In this document: piece after piece, positions 51,234 through 51,234 of the stretch | How the letters are laid out: each line of letters starts with the position of its first letter | Numbering within the stretch: the first letter of the stretch is position 1 | DNA from: Thermoplasmata archaeon | Lineage (GTDB): Archaea; Thermoplasmatota; Thermoplasmata; Lutacidiplasmatales; UBA184 | Length of the DNA: 51,234 bases | Assembly: GCA_021812305.1 (NCBI GenBank) | Contig: JAKAOB010000001.1 | Location: forward strand, 1-51,234 | Reading direction: 5' to 3' | The notes under the pieces: model-generated | Seen by the model: only the letters and a program-made list of their open reading frames with translations | What the model was told of the DNA's origin: nothing | Database searches by the model: none | Program-made: the position numbers and the translations under genes

Positions 51234-51234
51234 C

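Overview
This is a very GC-rich (by eye about 70% G+C) 51.2-kb chromosomal segment from an archaeon. The gene content points to a Thermoplasmata-like lineage, which is an inference rather than a proven placement. Supporting genes are a stand-alone 5S rRNA gene, a tricorn-factor-like M1 aminopeptidase, a proline-iminopeptidase-like hydrolase, RpoK, ribosomal protein L40e, archease, a Pcc1-like ORF, digeranylgeranylglycerophospholipid reductase with its own ferredoxin, and a split transketolase plus transaldolase. I can support about 55 protein genes, one 5S rRNA and one tRNA-Gly(GCC). Packing is dense. There are many GTG starts and 4-nt ATGA/GTGA start-stop overlaps, and TATA-like boxes sit about 25-35 nt upstream of start codons, suggesting leaderless or short-leader mRNAs. 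The many long Arg/Pro/Gly-rich ORFs in the six-frame track are antisense or off-frame artefacts of the high GC content. I saw no CRISPR array, transposase, integrase or recognisable defence or toxin genes, so the window looks like core chromosome rather than an island. The items most worth a second look are listed here.
1. A five-gene membrane module of DUF4129, a small TM protein, DUF58, a TM protein and a MoxR AAA+ ATPase (17547-21889).
2. The largest non-coding gap (13239-13797), next to tRNA-Gly, which contains a small ORF with 13 Cys in 28 residues.
3. A sharply AT-rich roughly 180-bp island (44860-45040) upstream of a HemL-like aminotransferase. That enzyme carries a roughly 100-aa Pro/Ala/Lys/Glu-rich N-terminal extension and heads a Dpp/Opp-type ABC operon.
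4. Two uncharacterised, translationally coupled ORFs embedded in the ferredoxin-GGR array.
5. A bactofilin-like protein.
6. A fused EtfB-EtfA protein.
None of these is a proven new system; all functional calls rest on motif-level reading of the translations, without database searches.
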